Assembly: GCA_045545475.1 (NCBI GenBank)
Contig: JAZQAZ010000023.1
Location: forward strand, 64,001 to 128,000
Direction of reading: 5' to 3'
Length of the DNA: 64,000 nt
Source: Clostridia bacterium
GTDB lineage: Bacteria; Bacillota; Clostridia; CAKSNL01; HGM11501
Part shown: positions 1 through 9,771 of the stretch, in pieces
Position numbering within the stretch: position 1 is the stretch's first letter
How the letters are laid out: each line of letters starts with the position of its first letter
Translations under genes and position numbers: made by a program
The notes under the pieces: model-generated
What the model saw: the letters and a program-made list of their open reading frames with translations, nothing else
The model's database searches: none
Told to the model about the DNA's origin: nothing

Positions 1-1979
1 GCCTGTTCCTCAGGAAGGATAATGGTGATATAATGAGGTTCAACCGCTTTCGGATTAATCATTGTATGCCAGTGGGACGTAAGGTCTCCGTCAATTGTTT
101 TTTCAGGAACTTCGTTGGGTTTTCCGTTATTTGCATTTACACTTGATGCATCAAAGGTCCATCCGTCAACAGGAAGTTCATCTTCAGAAAGAACTGTGCT
201 CTTGGGCTCATTTGCTTCCGGAGCTTTTGTCTCTTCTTTCTGAACTGCCGCAAGGCTCGCTCTCTTAACGCTTGCATTTGTAATGCCCTTTGAGGGAAGG
301 CCTGCCTTCGGTGCAAGAAGTCTCATTTCTCCTGCAGTTGCATATCCTCCTGTTCCCTCTACATACTGAAGGCGTACATATTTAGCCTTGTAGTTGGCTG
401 TAAATTCCGCAGTTTTTGCACTGTCATCATTTTTCCAGGAGCCTTCTGCTACCTTTTCAAAGTTTTCGTTGTCGTTGGATATATAAATTTCATATCTTAC
501 ACATACGCCAACACTGCTCTTTCTGGGGTAATAACGGAATCCCGAAAACTCGGTTTCTTTGGGAAGAATTATCGTGAAATAGTGAGGAGGATTAGCCTTG
601 GGCTCAATTGCTGAATGCCAGTGGGTAACCACGTCTCCGTCCACAACATTTTCGGGCTTTTCATAGGGCACACCCTTGGGAGAGTTTGCACTCGAAACCT
701 GGAAAAGCCAATCGATGGGATCCATTTCATCGGATTGGATAGCTTTTCCCGAAACCTTTTCACTTGATATATAATCAATACTCATAGTCTTTTCTCCGTT
801 AGCAGATGCAGCCGGCTTTGAAGTAGTTGCAGGAGCCTGTGTTGTTGTCGTTGATGCTCCGCCGATTGCACTTGCCTTTACGTTAGGTGTAATTTCAATT
901 GGTGCAGAACCACTCTTGGGGGCAAGTATTCTTATCTCGCCTGCACTTCCGTAGCCGAAATCAGCCTTTACAAGCTGAAGTCTTACGTATTTTGCATTAT
1001 AGTTTCTGGAAAACTCAACTGTCTTTGCAGTATCGTCCTTTGCCCAGGAGCCTTCTGCAACCTTCTGAAAGTTCTCGTTGTCGTTGGAAAGATAAATTTC
1101 ATACTCGGTGCACCCGCCTGCCCCGCCACCTTTTCTTGGGTAATAACGGTAACCGCCTATTGCGGTTTTTTCAGGCATTTCAATGGTGATGAAATGAGGG
1201 CCTTCCACCTTGGGTTCAATGGATGAATGCCAGTGGGAAACTGTATCGCTGTCAAGTACGTTTTCACCCTTTTCTCTGGGTACTCCTCCGGGAGCATTCT
1301 GGCTTGATACGTGTACTTTATAACCGTCAATGGGCAGCTCATCATAAGAAACTGTTATGTTTTTGGGAGTTTCCGTCGCAGGAGCTTTTGTCGCTGTTCC
1401 GGAAGATGTGCTGCTTCCGATTGCACTTGCCTTTACGTTAGGTGTAATTTCAATTGGTGCAGAACCACTCTTGGGGGCAAGTATTCTTATCTCGCCTGCA
1501 CTTCCGTAGCCGAAATCAGCCTTTACAAGCTGAAGTCTTACATATTTTGCATTATAGTTTCTGGAAAACTCAACTGTCTTTGCAGTATCGTCCTTTGCCC
1601 AGGTACCTTCCGCTACCTTCTGAAAGTTTTCGTTGTCGTTGGAAAGATAAATTTCATACTCGGTGCAAACGCCTGCACCGCCACCTTTTCTTGGGTAATA
1701 ACGGTAACCGCCTATTGCGGTTTTTTCAGGCATTTCAATGGTAATGAAATGCGGGCCTTCTGCCTTGGGTTCAATGGATGAATGCCAGTGGGAAACTGTA
1801 TCGCTGTCAAGGACGTTTTCACCCTTTTCTCTGGGTACTCCTCCGGGAGCATTCTGGCTTGATACGTGTACCTTGTAGCCTTCGATGGACATTTCATCGG
1901 AGGCCATCTCGCCTTCCGCCATAGCTATTACGGAAAGAATCATTAAAAGTGCCAATATTAATGATAAAAACTTTTTCAT
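1..1979 (-). CDS. Secreted protein with at least 4 tandem F5/8 type C (discoidin/CBM32) domains; runs off the left edge
   Basis: Not in the ORF track. ATG at 1979 after RBS GAAAGGAGG; signal peptide MKKFLSLILALLMILSVIAMA; repeated motifs D.D..(S/T)HWHS, YRYYPR, YEIYLSNDN.NF, KYVRL, AGE.R separated by Ala/Thr/Pro linkers. Confidence 0.85.
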   Translation of the reverse strand, partial: MKKFLSLILALLMILSVIAMAEGEMASDEMSIEGYKVHVSSQNAPGGVPREKGENVLDSDTVSHWHSSIEPKAEGPHFITIEMPEKTAIGGYRYYPRKGGGAGVCTEYEIYLSNDNENFQKVAEGTWAKDDTAKTVEFSRNYNAKYVRLQLVKADFGYGSAGEIRILAPKSGSAPIEITPNVKASAIGSSTSSGTATKAPATETPKNITVSYDELPIDGYKVHVSSQNAPGGVPREKGENVLDSDTVSHWHSSIEPKVEGPHFITIEMPEKTAIGGYRYYPRKGGGAGGCTEYEIYLSNDNENFQKVAEGSWAKDDTAKTVEFSRNYNAKYVRLQLVKADFGYGSAGEIRILAPKSGSAPIEITPNVKASAIGGASTTTTQAPATTSKPAASANGEKTMSIDYISSEKVSGKAIQSDEMDPIDWLFQVSSANSPKGVPYEKPENVVDGDVVTHWHSAIEPKANPPHYFTIILPKETEFSGFRYYPRKSSVGVCVRYEIYISNDNENFEKVAEGSWKNDDSAKTAEFTANYKAKYVRLQYVEGTGGYATAGEMRLLAPKAGLPSKGITNASVKRASLAAVQKEETKAPEANEPKSTVLSEDELPVDGWTFDASSVNANNGKPNEVPEKTIDGDLTSHWHTMINPKAVEPHYITIILPEEQ
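862..1871. repeat. Intragenic direct repeat of ~455 bp (862-1316 and 1417-1871, offset 555 bp) encoding CBM32 domains 1 and 2
   Basis: Near-identical DNA in both copies; the shadow ORFs 899..1189 and 1454..1744 translate almost identically. Confidence 0.95.
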
Positions 1980-1995
1980 TTAAAGGCCTCCTTTC

Positions 1996-4671
1996 TTAAA
2001 ACTCAGACGCTAAAGCGTCAACTGCTGTTTTATTGATATTTTTACCGAACGCTGCCATATTGCCGGATTCGTAAACTTCCAGACCGAAAATATCTGAGAA
2101 GATAGTTACGGGAACGTAAGGAATTCCGTCAATTACGGTTACGGGATTTGTAAGTGTTTTAAGAACGCCGTTTCTTCTTCCTTCCAGTGTTCCAACCGTT
2201 GTGTAGAATGTAATCTCACCACGAAGCTTAAACATTTGTCTGTCAGCCTCATAAACGGTTCTTAAATTAAGAGCATCATAAAGGAAGTAAGAAGGCATAT
2301 ACATAACGCCGTTTATTCTCTTTGCTCCGTAGCGCATATCGGGATCATAAGTATACATCTTTGCACCGGATACGAATACTCTGTTGGAGCCGTCTGCTAC
2401 CACAATAACATCTGTAAGTGCTTCTCTTTCTTCCTTGGAAAGAGATTTCTGTGCCTTTTCTGTATAGATGTAGTTAAAGCGTGCATTGGGTGCCGCATTT
2501 CCGTCAACATAGAAATTCATGATGTCGCCCTTTGCGTTGTCAACCCACTTGAATTCAATGTCAACTGTTGCACCTACTGAAAGGAGTGCTTTTGCAACCT
2601 TTAAGGAAAGTGTCTTTCCTGAAAGGGCATATTCTGCTTTTCCGATTACAGAAAGACTTCCGTCGGCATTAAGACGCGATACATCGCCTGCGGCGGGAGT
2701 ATTTATAACAAAGTCATAGCCTTCCCAGCCTGTTGCATGGTTTCTGTCTGTATCAATGTAAAGCTTCATCCAGGCATCGCCCTCGGGCTTTGTGATGTCT
2801 GCGGCAGCTTCTGCGTAGAAGTAAAGGTTTTCAGCGTCTCTTGAAACCTTTGCCTTTATTACGTTGTTTCGTGCGGTGTAGTTTTCATAAATAACTCCGC
2901 CCACACCAACATCGTTACGGTTATATGTACCCTTGTTGTTGATAAATTCAGGAGTAACGCCTTCCCATGCAGAAACGTTGTTTATGTCGATTGTCTTTTC
3001 TGCACCTGCAACGGGTGCGGCTTCCGTACCCTTGAATTTTCTTACAGCGTCAATTAAAAGTGCATAATAAGAGTCCTTCATATCGCCCTTGGTGGGTTCC
3101 ATATCACGGCTTCCGTCATCGTCATACTGGTCGGGGAATGCGTTGGAAACTCCGTTCCATGTAACATAACGTCCTGCACGCCATTCGTTCCAGCCTGTGA
3201 TGAAGATGTATTCGGGATCGATTTCAAGTGCACGGTTAAACTGCTCTGTAAAGAAATATCCGTACTTATGTGCACCGGGTGTTCTGTCGTGGCCTAGTAA
3301 GTCTGTATAGCTACGGCCCATAACAAAGGTATCGTTCATGGCGGTTATGCTATGCTTCACATAAGAATGGTTTGCAGATGTACCAACAGTTACCTGTTCA
3401 TATGTTCCGTCAGGATTTTTTGTATAGGGTTCCTGGGGATAAATTTCAAGCCAACCCCACTGATTTTCCATTGTCTGATGGCTTGTGTATGAAGGCTGAG
3501 GTCTTCTGAATGTAAAGAAGCTCTTAAGTTCGTTCATTAAAGCTTCGTCAACGCTGTCTCCCTCATTTGGAATAAGTGAGTCGGGATGTGCCATAATAAC
3601 GGGCTTTCCTTCCCAATAGAACCAGAGGTCTGACCAGTTATCATTTCTGTAAGTATTCATATATACTCTTGTAATGTTGGTTTTAGCGTGGTCGGCCGTG
3701 GGTGAGAAAGGTGTCATATATCCGATTTTCGGAGCGTTGATACCTGCTTCTCTTGCATCACGGAGTGCCTGGAACAATACGTCTGTTGAAGCCTTCCATG
3801 TAGAAGCACCGTTTGTAGCATCAAAGAAGAGTACGTCAACACCTGCGTTTGCAAGCATTTCGGCATGCTTTCTTGCTACCCAGTAATCTGTGCTTAAATA
3901 ATAGCCGAAGAGCGGCTCATTCCAGAAGTGGCTTGTGGGAACTGTGGGCCACACTTCACTGTAATAGTCATACTTTGCTTCGGGATGAAGCTTTGCAAAT
4001 TCAGTATTGTTTAAGGGCTGATTACTTTTATAGCCGGGATGATGCCATGTCCAGTAGAAAATCCCCACAAACTTATCCTCTCTTACAGGACCAACCTCTT
4101 CATAATCTGCCACCTTACGACCTAAATCATCGGTAAATGCCCAGGTAGTATTATGGTGATTTATGATATTTTCTTCGGGAACAGGTACATACTTTTCAGT
4201 TTTATACTCATCAGCCGAAAGAGTAAAACTGTCGATTCTCAGCTGATAGTGGCCGCCTTTAGCAGCAATTGTACTCATAAAGTAAAGGTCATGTACACCG
4301 CTTGTTTCCTTTATTGCACCGCGGTATTCCTTTGTAACACCGCCCGAATCCTTGTCTATATTTACATAGCCGAGTAACTCGCCCTTTGGGCTGTCAAGTC
4401 TCACCTGAAGCCACTCACCATCGTTAGTTCCCGATAAGTCGTTATATGCTCTTATCACGATGGACTTCGCTCCGGTTAAGTCAATACTCTTAAAGCCTAT
4501 GTAGCTGTAAGGTGCGTGGAAATAATATCCGCCGTCCCTCAGTTTTGCACTCGGGCCGATGTCGGTTGCCGTTTTGGTTGCGACTTCCGTAAATGCAGCA
4601 TGAGTGGGCATTGCACCAAAAAGAGTAATTACCATCATAAGTGCAAATGCCAGTGAAAAGATTTTTCTCAT
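1996..4671 (-). CDS. Secreted glycoside hydrolase: CBM6-like domain, GH99/GH71-like TIM barrel, C-terminal copper-amine-oxidase-N (stalk) domain
   Basis: Start MRKIF after RBS AAGGAAGG; signal peptide; VRLDSPKGELLG/GVHDLYF (CBM6-like); VGIFYWTWH, PLFGYY, HAEMLANAGVD, ITGWNEW; C-terminal IDGIPYVPV. Confidence 0.7.
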   Translation of the reverse strand: MRKIFSLAFALMMVITLFGAMPTHAAFTEVATKTATDIGPSAKLRDGGYYFHAPYSYIGFKSIDLTGAKSIVIRAYNDLSGTNDGEWLQVRLDSPKGELLGYVNIDKDSGGVTKEYRGAIKETSGVHDLYFMSTIAAKGGHYQLRIDSFTLSADEYKTEKYVPVPEENIINHHNTTWAFTDDLGRKVADYEEVGPVREDKFVGIFYWTWHHPGYKSNQPLNNTEFAKLHPEAKYDYYSEVWPTVPTSHFWNEPLFGYYLSTDYWVARKHAEMLANAGVDVLFFDATNGASTWKASTDVLFQALRDAREAGINAPKIGYMTPFSPTADHAKTNITRVYMNTYRNDNWSDLWFYWEGKPVIMAHPDSLIPNEGDSVDEALMNELKSFFTFRRPQPSYTSHQTMENQWGWLEIYPQEPYTKNPDGTYEQVTVGTSANHSYVKHSITAMNDTFVMGRSYTDLLGHDRTPGAHKYGYFFTEQFNRALEIDPEYIFITGWNEWRAGRYVTWNGVSNAFPDQYDDDGSRDMEPTKGDMKDSYYALLIDAVRKFKGTEAAPVAGAEKTIDINNVSAWEGVTPEFINNKGTYNRNDVGVGGVIYENYTARNNVIKAKVSRDAENLYFYAEAAADITKPEGDAWMKLYIDTDRNHATGWEGYDFVINTPAAGDVSRLNADGSLSVIGKAEYALSGKTLSLKVAKALLSVGATVDIEFKWVDNAKGDIMNFYVDGNAAPNARFNYIYTEKAQKSLSKEEREALTDVIVVADGSNRVFVSGAKMYTYDPDMRYGAKRINGVMYMPSYFLYDALNLRTVYEADRQMFKLRGEITFYTTVGTLEGRRNGVLKTLTNPVTVIDGIPYVPVTIFSDIFGLEVYESGNMAAFGKNINKTAVDALASEF

Positions 4672-4814
4672 TTTTATTCCTTCCTTTCTTATAATGAAGA
4701 GTAAGAGCAGCAAGTAAACTCTTATAATTAAATTCTATAACACAAAAAAGCAAAAATCAATCCCCTTTTTGTAGTTTTTTTATATGAATTTGTAAACTCA
4801 ATAATATCACAGAG

Positions 4815-5654
4815 CTATAAAAGCATTTTCTTTTTATATGCTCCGGGGGTTTCTCCCGTTCTTTCACGGAACACCGAAGAGAAGTGTGCAGGTGAGTCAA
4901 AGCCTGTTTCCTCTGCTATTTCAGCGATACTTTTTCCGCCTGAAAGGAGAAGCTTTTTCGCCGCACTTATCCTGTACCTTATTATATATTCGTGCAAAGA
5001 ATATCCCGTATGTGCCTTCATCAATCGGTTTATGTGATATTCGTGATAGCTCACCAGCTCGGAAAGCTCGGCGTTTTTTATTTTCCGCTGATAATTTTCT
5101 TCTATGTATTTTATAATTCTTTCTGTTGCTGCCAGGGATTTTTTACTGCCTGTAGCTTGAGTTTTTGCCATATCGGTTAAAATAATTTTAAGTTGTGCCG
5201 ATATTTTTTCTTTGTAATAAAGGGTTTTTGCACTGTTTTCCCTGACAAGTTCCTTTGCCTCCTCTATTATAAAATCCACACCTTCTAATACGAAAGGTTC
5301 ATTAAAAAGCGTAACATCGGTAAAAGATTCAAAAATTTCTTTTTCTTTTTCATATCTTTCCTCTTTAACCGTAGGAATACTTTTATTTTTATATGCTCCT
5401 CTTTTGTCAAAATCAAAGTCTATTACAATAACCTCAAAGCTTTCGGGAGCAAGAAAAATATAGGGCGTGCCGGGAGGCCAGTAGACCAAATCACCCTTTT
5501 TAAGATTAGACTCACTCTTTCCCACCTTCATTTTAAGCTCATCGGATAAAAGCATAACAATTCTCGAATCGTAGGAAAGTACCGCCTTATCCGTGGGGTG
5601 ATAAAAAAAGCGTCCTGCAAATCTGACAAAAGGGTTTATATCTGAAATTATCAC
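4815..5654 (-). CDS. AraC-family transcriptional regulator
   Basis: N-terminal cupin and C-terminal HTH (SIAEIAEETGFDSPAHFSSVFRERTGETPGAY). Confidence 0.95.
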   Translation of the reverse strand: MIISDINPFVRFAGRFFYHPTDKAVLSYDSRIVMLLSDELKMKVGKSESNLKKGDLVYWPPGTPYIFLAPESFEVIVIDFDFDKRGAYKNKSIPTVKEERYEKEKEIFESFTDVTLFNEPFVLEGVDFIIEEAKELVRENSAKTLYYKEKISAQLKIILTDMAKTQATGSKKSLAATERIIKYIEENYQRKIKNAELSELVSYHEYHINRLMKAHTGYSLHEYIIRYRISAAKKLLLSGGKSIAEIAEETGFDSPAHFSSVFRERTGETPGAYKKKMLL

Positions 5655-5774
5655 AAAATCACCTCCAAATGTTTGTTTTTTGATAAAAAATATTGTTTTT
5701 TTGTATTTATTATATAGTAGTTTTGTGGTAAAATCAAGATAGGTTTTTATTGTTTTTATGAAAGGAGGACTCCT

Positions 5775-6821
5775 ATGTGCTTTATCGTAGGCTATAAAAT
5801 CACGGAGGATCCGAGATTTATCTCATACATATGTGACCATAAAGACAAAATAAGCGAGGTTTATTTTTCCTGGCGAAGCATGAAAAACGGAAGAAACGAC
5901 CAATTAAAGTCCGAGGACTTAAATCCCCTCTGGGCAGAGAAAATGCAGGAAGAGGATTTAAAAAAGCTTTATGAGGAAGGAATAGGCTTAAACCTTCTCT
6001 TAAACGGTAACTGCTATGGGGCAGAGTCACAGAGCAGAAGCTTTTTTACCGAGCTTGGCAACACCATTGACTATCTTGTGGGATGCTACAGCATAACATC
6101 CGTTACATCAAGCTCCCTTCTGATTGCAAAATTCGTTAAGGAAAACTTCCCTGATTTATCTGTAAGAGCTTCCGTCAACATCGGTGTCGGAACACCCGAG
6201 GCGGCTGACTACTTAAAGGAGTATTTTGACGGCTTTTATTTAAAAAGAGAGTTTAACAGAAACTTTGACGCCATAAAGAAAATGCGCTCTTACTGCGATG
6301 ATGCGGGCAAAAAACTTTATATGCTTGCAAATTCGGGCTGCTTTTCGGATTGCCCGGCGAGAACCTATCACGATAACCTGGTGTCCCACGAAAAGGAAAT
6401 TTCCGCCATGGACAATGCCTATAACTTTGAGGGGCTGTGTCACGAATATTTGAAGGACGAAAAGAATTTCTTAACCCTTATCAAGGATTCAAACTATGTC
6501 CGCCCCGAGGATATTCATCTTTATGACGGCCTTTTTGACGGAATTAAGCTTGCCACAAGGCAAAACCCCTTCCCCGTAAGGATTATGCATGCGTATCTCA
6601 CAGGCAGATACTACGGCTCTGTAACTCACCTTACCGAGCCCGATCACACAGCATCCCTTAAGGGAAAGATTCTGGACAACTCCGCATTCCCCGACGATTT
6701 CGGAAAAACGGTTGCAAGTTGCAACAAAAACTGCAGCGAATGCGGCTATTGCGAAAACGTACTTAATAAGGTTCTGACAGAAAGAAACCCTGATATATTA
6801 ACGGTTGAATCTCAAGATTAA
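5775..6821 (+). CDS. Peptidase U32-family Fe-S protein (RlhA/TrhP/UbiU-like)
   Basis: LLLNGNCYG, ASVN, LANSGCFSDCP....H, VRPEDI, KLATR and C-terminal CNKNCSECGYC; RBS AAGGAGG. Confidence 0.75.
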   Translation: MCFIVGYKITEDPRFISYICDHKDKISEVYFSWRSMKNGRNDQLKSEDLNPLWAEKMQEEDLKKLYEEGIGLNLLLNGNCYGAESQSRSFFTELGNTIDYLVGCYSITSVTSSSLLIAKFVKENFPDLSVRASVNIGVGTPEAADYLKEYFDGFYLKREFNRNFDAIKKMRSYCDDAGKKLYMLANSGCFSDCPARTYHDNLVSHEKEISAMDNAYNFEGLCHEYLKDEKNFLTLIKDSNYVRPEDIHLYDGLFDGIKLATRQNPFPVRIMHAYLTGRYYGSVTHLTEPDHTASLKGKILDNSAFPDDFGKTVASCNKNCSECGYCENVLNKVLTERNPDILTVESQD

Positions 6822-6843
6822 AATTTAAGGAAAGGAAAAAAGT

Positions 6844-7920
6844 ATGCTTACATCAAAAATGATCAAAGAAGCTGCGTATGCGGCAGGTGCCGACAAGTGC
6901 GGCATCGCACCCATATCAAGACTTAAGGGTGCACCCAAGGAAATGAACGTTTCCTATCTTTTCCCCGAAGCAAAGAGCGTAATTGGCTTTGCCTTCAGAA
7001 TTCCGAGAGGTGTTCAGCGAGGCATTGAAGAAGGTACACAGTTCTATCAGTACCCCTCCATCGCTTACGGCGGAATCAACGAAATCTTTGCTCCCAACGT
7101 ACTCTACCAGGTAGGAAGAGTAATTGAGGACGCAGGATACGAAGCTTTTGTTTACCGTAACACCGGTGCAAGAGGATGCGTTTCCGACATGGACGGAAGC
7201 GAAGGTAACTCCCTTTCTCCCGAAGAACAGATTGAGTACATCGAACGTGGTAAGAAAGCAACAGCACACCACAGAAGTGTTCAGTTTACAAGAGCTGCAA
7301 GAGAAGGATCAGTTCCCCCCGACCTTCAGTTCCAGTTCCGCTTAGTTGCTGTTGCCTGCGGACTTGGTGAAATCGGCTGGAGCAAAATGCTATTAACTCC
7401 AGAATTCGGTCCTCTTCAGAGAGTTGCATTTATCTTTACCGATGCTGAGCTTGAGTATGACGAAATGTATTCAGGCGAACCTCTTTGCAGACGCTGCGGT
7501 GCCTGCGTAAGAGAGTGTCCCGGCTCCTGTATTCCTGCAATCAACTCCGGCAAGACCGTAAGAGTTGATTTGGACGGTAAAATCTGCGAGTGGGGCGACA
7601 TTGATATGTGGCGTTGTTATGCTTTCTATACCCACGGCGGAAGATATTACAACCCCTTCGTTCCCAAGGAAGTTTTCGATAAAAACGAAAACGGCGACCT
7701 TAACTTACTTGAAGGTAAGACAGAGGCTTCTGAAACCGAAATCATGAAGGTTTACGGTGCTCTTGAAAAGTATTTCCCCAGCTGGGTTGGCTATAACATG
7801 GCTAAGTGCGGCGGATGTATAAGAGGATGCGTGTCTGTTCTTGAGAAAAAGGGCGGATGCATGGAAGACCGCTTTAAGGCTCCTCTCCGTACCAAAAAAG
7901 CCTGGAAAATGGATAGATAA
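6844..7920 (+). CDS. QueG/reductive-dehalogenase-like 4Fe-4S protein, paralog 1
   Basis: GADKCGIA, PEAKSVI, AVACGLGEIG..LLTPEFGP, TDAEL, CRRCGACVRECP, WRC...CGGCIRGC. Confidence 0.8.
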   Translation: MLTSKMIKEAAYAAGADKCGIAPISRLKGAPKEMNVSYLFPEAKSVIGFAFRIPRGVQRGIEEGTQFYQYPSIAYGGINEIFAPNVLYQVGRVIEDAGYEAFVYRNTGARGCVSDMDGSEGNSLSPEEQIEYIERGKKATAHHRSVQFTRAAREGSVPPDLQFQFRLVAVACGLGEIGWSKMLLTPEFGPLQRVAFIFTDAELEYDEMYSGEPLCRRCGACVRECPGSCIPAINSGKTVRVDLDGKICEWGDIDMWRCYAFYTHGGRYYNPFVPKEVFDKNENGDLNLLEGKTEASETEIMKVYGALEKYFPSWVGYNMAKCGGCIRGCVSVLEKKGGCMEDRFKAPLRTKKAWKMDR

Positions 7921-7933
7921 GGAGGGTTATATA

Positions 7934-8839
7934 ATGCTTACAGCTAAAATGATAAAAGAAGCTGCCGCAAAATACGGCGCTTGTCTTTGCGGTATCGGAA
8001 GCCTTGACATTTTCGAAGGCGAAAATATCCAGAGAGACCCCAAAATGATACTCCCCGCTGCAAAGTGCATCATCGGCTTCGGCTTCCCCGTTCCGAAGGC
8101 ACTTTACAACACAATGGACCGTGGCGTTCAGACAATGCAATACACCACAATGGGTGTTAAATACATAGACGAGGAATTTACCGAAATTTTCCTTTTCAGA
8201 CTCGGTGCTATGATCGAGGATGCAGGATATGATGCCTGCCTTCAGCGAAGCGTTCCCGGTATGACAATTAAGGGCGACAAGAGAACAAACCCCGAGGTAC
8301 TTGATACCTATGAGCTTGCTTTGGCTGAGCCCGTTGAAGAAGGAAAGCCCGCTCCTGACGTTATGATTGACTTTGCAAAGGCAGCACGTGCCTGCGGAAT
8401 CGGTTACATAGGAAAGAGCGGTCACATCCTTGCTCCCAAGTACGGTCCTTACATCCGTTATGCATTCATCGTAACAGATGCTCCTTTGGAAACAGACGAG
8501 CCTTTATCCGAATCCATCTGCGATAACTGCGGACTTTGCGAGAATGCCTGCCCCGGTAAGGCAATTTCCGACGAGGGAATTGACACCTGGCAGTGTGCAG
8601 TTTACTATAAGGGTGCACACAAATCCAACCCCCTTATGAATGACGAATTCTTAAAAGGCAATCCCGACCGTGAAGCAATATTAAATGGTGAATACCATTT
8701 CGATGCCGAAAGTGCAAGAAAGATTTATCCCGAGCTTAAGAAGTTCCTTCCCGAGTTCAAGGGCTATGCACCTTGCCTTTGCGGTAAAAAGTGCGACAAG
8801 GCATGCTTTGATCACTTAAAGGAGGTGGGCAGAATATGA
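7934..8839 (+). CDS. QueG/reductive-dehalogenase-like 4Fe-4S protein, paralog 2
   Basis: Start MLTAKMIK after AAGGAGG; AARACGIGYIG...PKYGP, TDAPL, CDNCGLCENACP, WQC...CGKKCDKAC. Confidence 0.8.
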   Translation: MLTAKMIKEAAAKYGACLCGIGSLDIFEGENIQRDPKMILPAAKCIIGFGFPVPKALYNTMDRGVQTMQYTTMGVKYIDEEFTEIFLFRLGAMIEDAGYDACLQRSVPGMTIKGDKRTNPEVLDTYELALAEPVEEGKPAPDVMIDFAKAARACGIGYIGKSGHILAPKYGPYIRYAFIVTDAPLETDEPLSESICDNCGLCENACPGKAISDEGIDTWQCAVYYKGAHKSNPLMNDEFLKGNPDREAILNGEYHFDAESARKIYPELKKFLPEFKGYAPCLCGKKCDKACFDHLKEVGRI

Positions 8840-9771
8840 AGACAGCTTTAACAGAATTTGCGAAAAAGGTTGGTGCTGACGGCGTTGGCTTTGCTCCAGT
8901 TGACCGTTTCGGTGAAAACTCCGTTATAAAGGAAATTATGCCCGAAGCAAAAACAGTTATCGGTCTTTTGTTCCGAGTTCTCCGCGGCTCTTACCGTGGT
9001 GTTGAAGAAGGAACAACCTATTATCAGTATTCCACCATGGGCGTTGAAACTATTGAAGAAACAGTTATGCCCATGACAAGCCTCCGTGTTTGTAACTTCC
9101 TTGAAGAAGAAGGCTTCCTTGCCCTTCCTCAGCGAAGAATCCAGACCGTTATGGCAGCAGATGACGACACAAATCCCGAAATGGACTACACCTCAATTTA
9201 CAAGGGCGTTAAGAATGAGCTTCAGATGGACTTTGACGAAGCGGCTGTTCTTACAGGTCTTGGCGAAAGAGGACTTCACGGCAAGGTGCTTAACGAAGAA
9301 TACGGTCCCTTCATCCGTTACTGCTTCGTATTGACCGACGCCGAAATCGAAGGCGACGAGGTAAAAACTCCCTCCCTTTGCGATAAGTGCGGTAAATGTA
9401 TCGCTGCCTGCCCCGGTAAGGCAATCGACAAGGACGGTAAACTCGATAACTGGAAGTGCACAGTTTACTATAACGGTGCCTGCGGTCTTAAAAACCCCTT
9501 TATGCCTCCCGATGCTTTTTCAGACCTTCCCGACAGACTCCAGATCATTGCCGGCGAAGCTGACATAACACCCGAGCGTGCAAAGGAAATACTGGAAGAA
9601 ATCCACTTCTATCCTGCAATCAAACACAACTACTCTCCCTCAATCTGCGGCAGAGCCTGCGATATGGCTTGCTATGTCCACTTAGAAGAAAAGGGCGTAC
9701 TTAAGAAAAAGTTCAATACACCCTTCAGAAAGAGAGAAGAGTGGAGGTTTGACTTAAATGATTTTCGCTAA
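8836..9771 (+). CDS. QueG/reductive-dehalogenase-like 4Fe-4S protein, paralog 3
   Basis: ATGA overlap with paralog 2; GADGVGFA, PEAKTVI, GLGERG...EYGP, CDKCGKCIAACP, WKC...CGRACDMAC. Confidence 0.8.
   Translation: MKTALTEFAKKVGADGVGFAPVDRFGENSVIKEIMPEAKTVIGLLFRVLRGSYRGVEEGTTYYQYSTMGVETIEETVMPMTSLRVCNFLEEEGFLALPQRRIQTVMAADDDTNPEMDYTSIYKGVKNELQMDFDEAAVLTGLGERGLHGKVLNEEYGPFIRYCFVLTDAEIEGDEVKTPSLCDKCGKCIAACPGKAIDKDGKLDNWKCTVYYNGACGLKNPFMPPDAFSDLPDRLQIIAGEADITPERAKEILEEIHFYPAIKHNYSPSICGRACDMACYVHLEEKGVLKKKFNTPFRKREEWRFDLNDFR

Noticed and set aside
569-1897. Short ORFs in the track, including the twin 96-aa ORFs
   Set aside because: Antisense or off-frame shadows of the CBM32 gene and its duplication
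5775-6821. Collagenase/protease function for the U32 protein
   Set aside because: No signal peptide, Cys-rich, and well-characterised U32 members are Fe-S hydroxylation proteins
6844-9771. Calling these genes queG or respiratory rdhA
   Set aside because: No DYH motif, no Tat signal, no rdhB and no que genes nearby; only fold-level similarity is supportable
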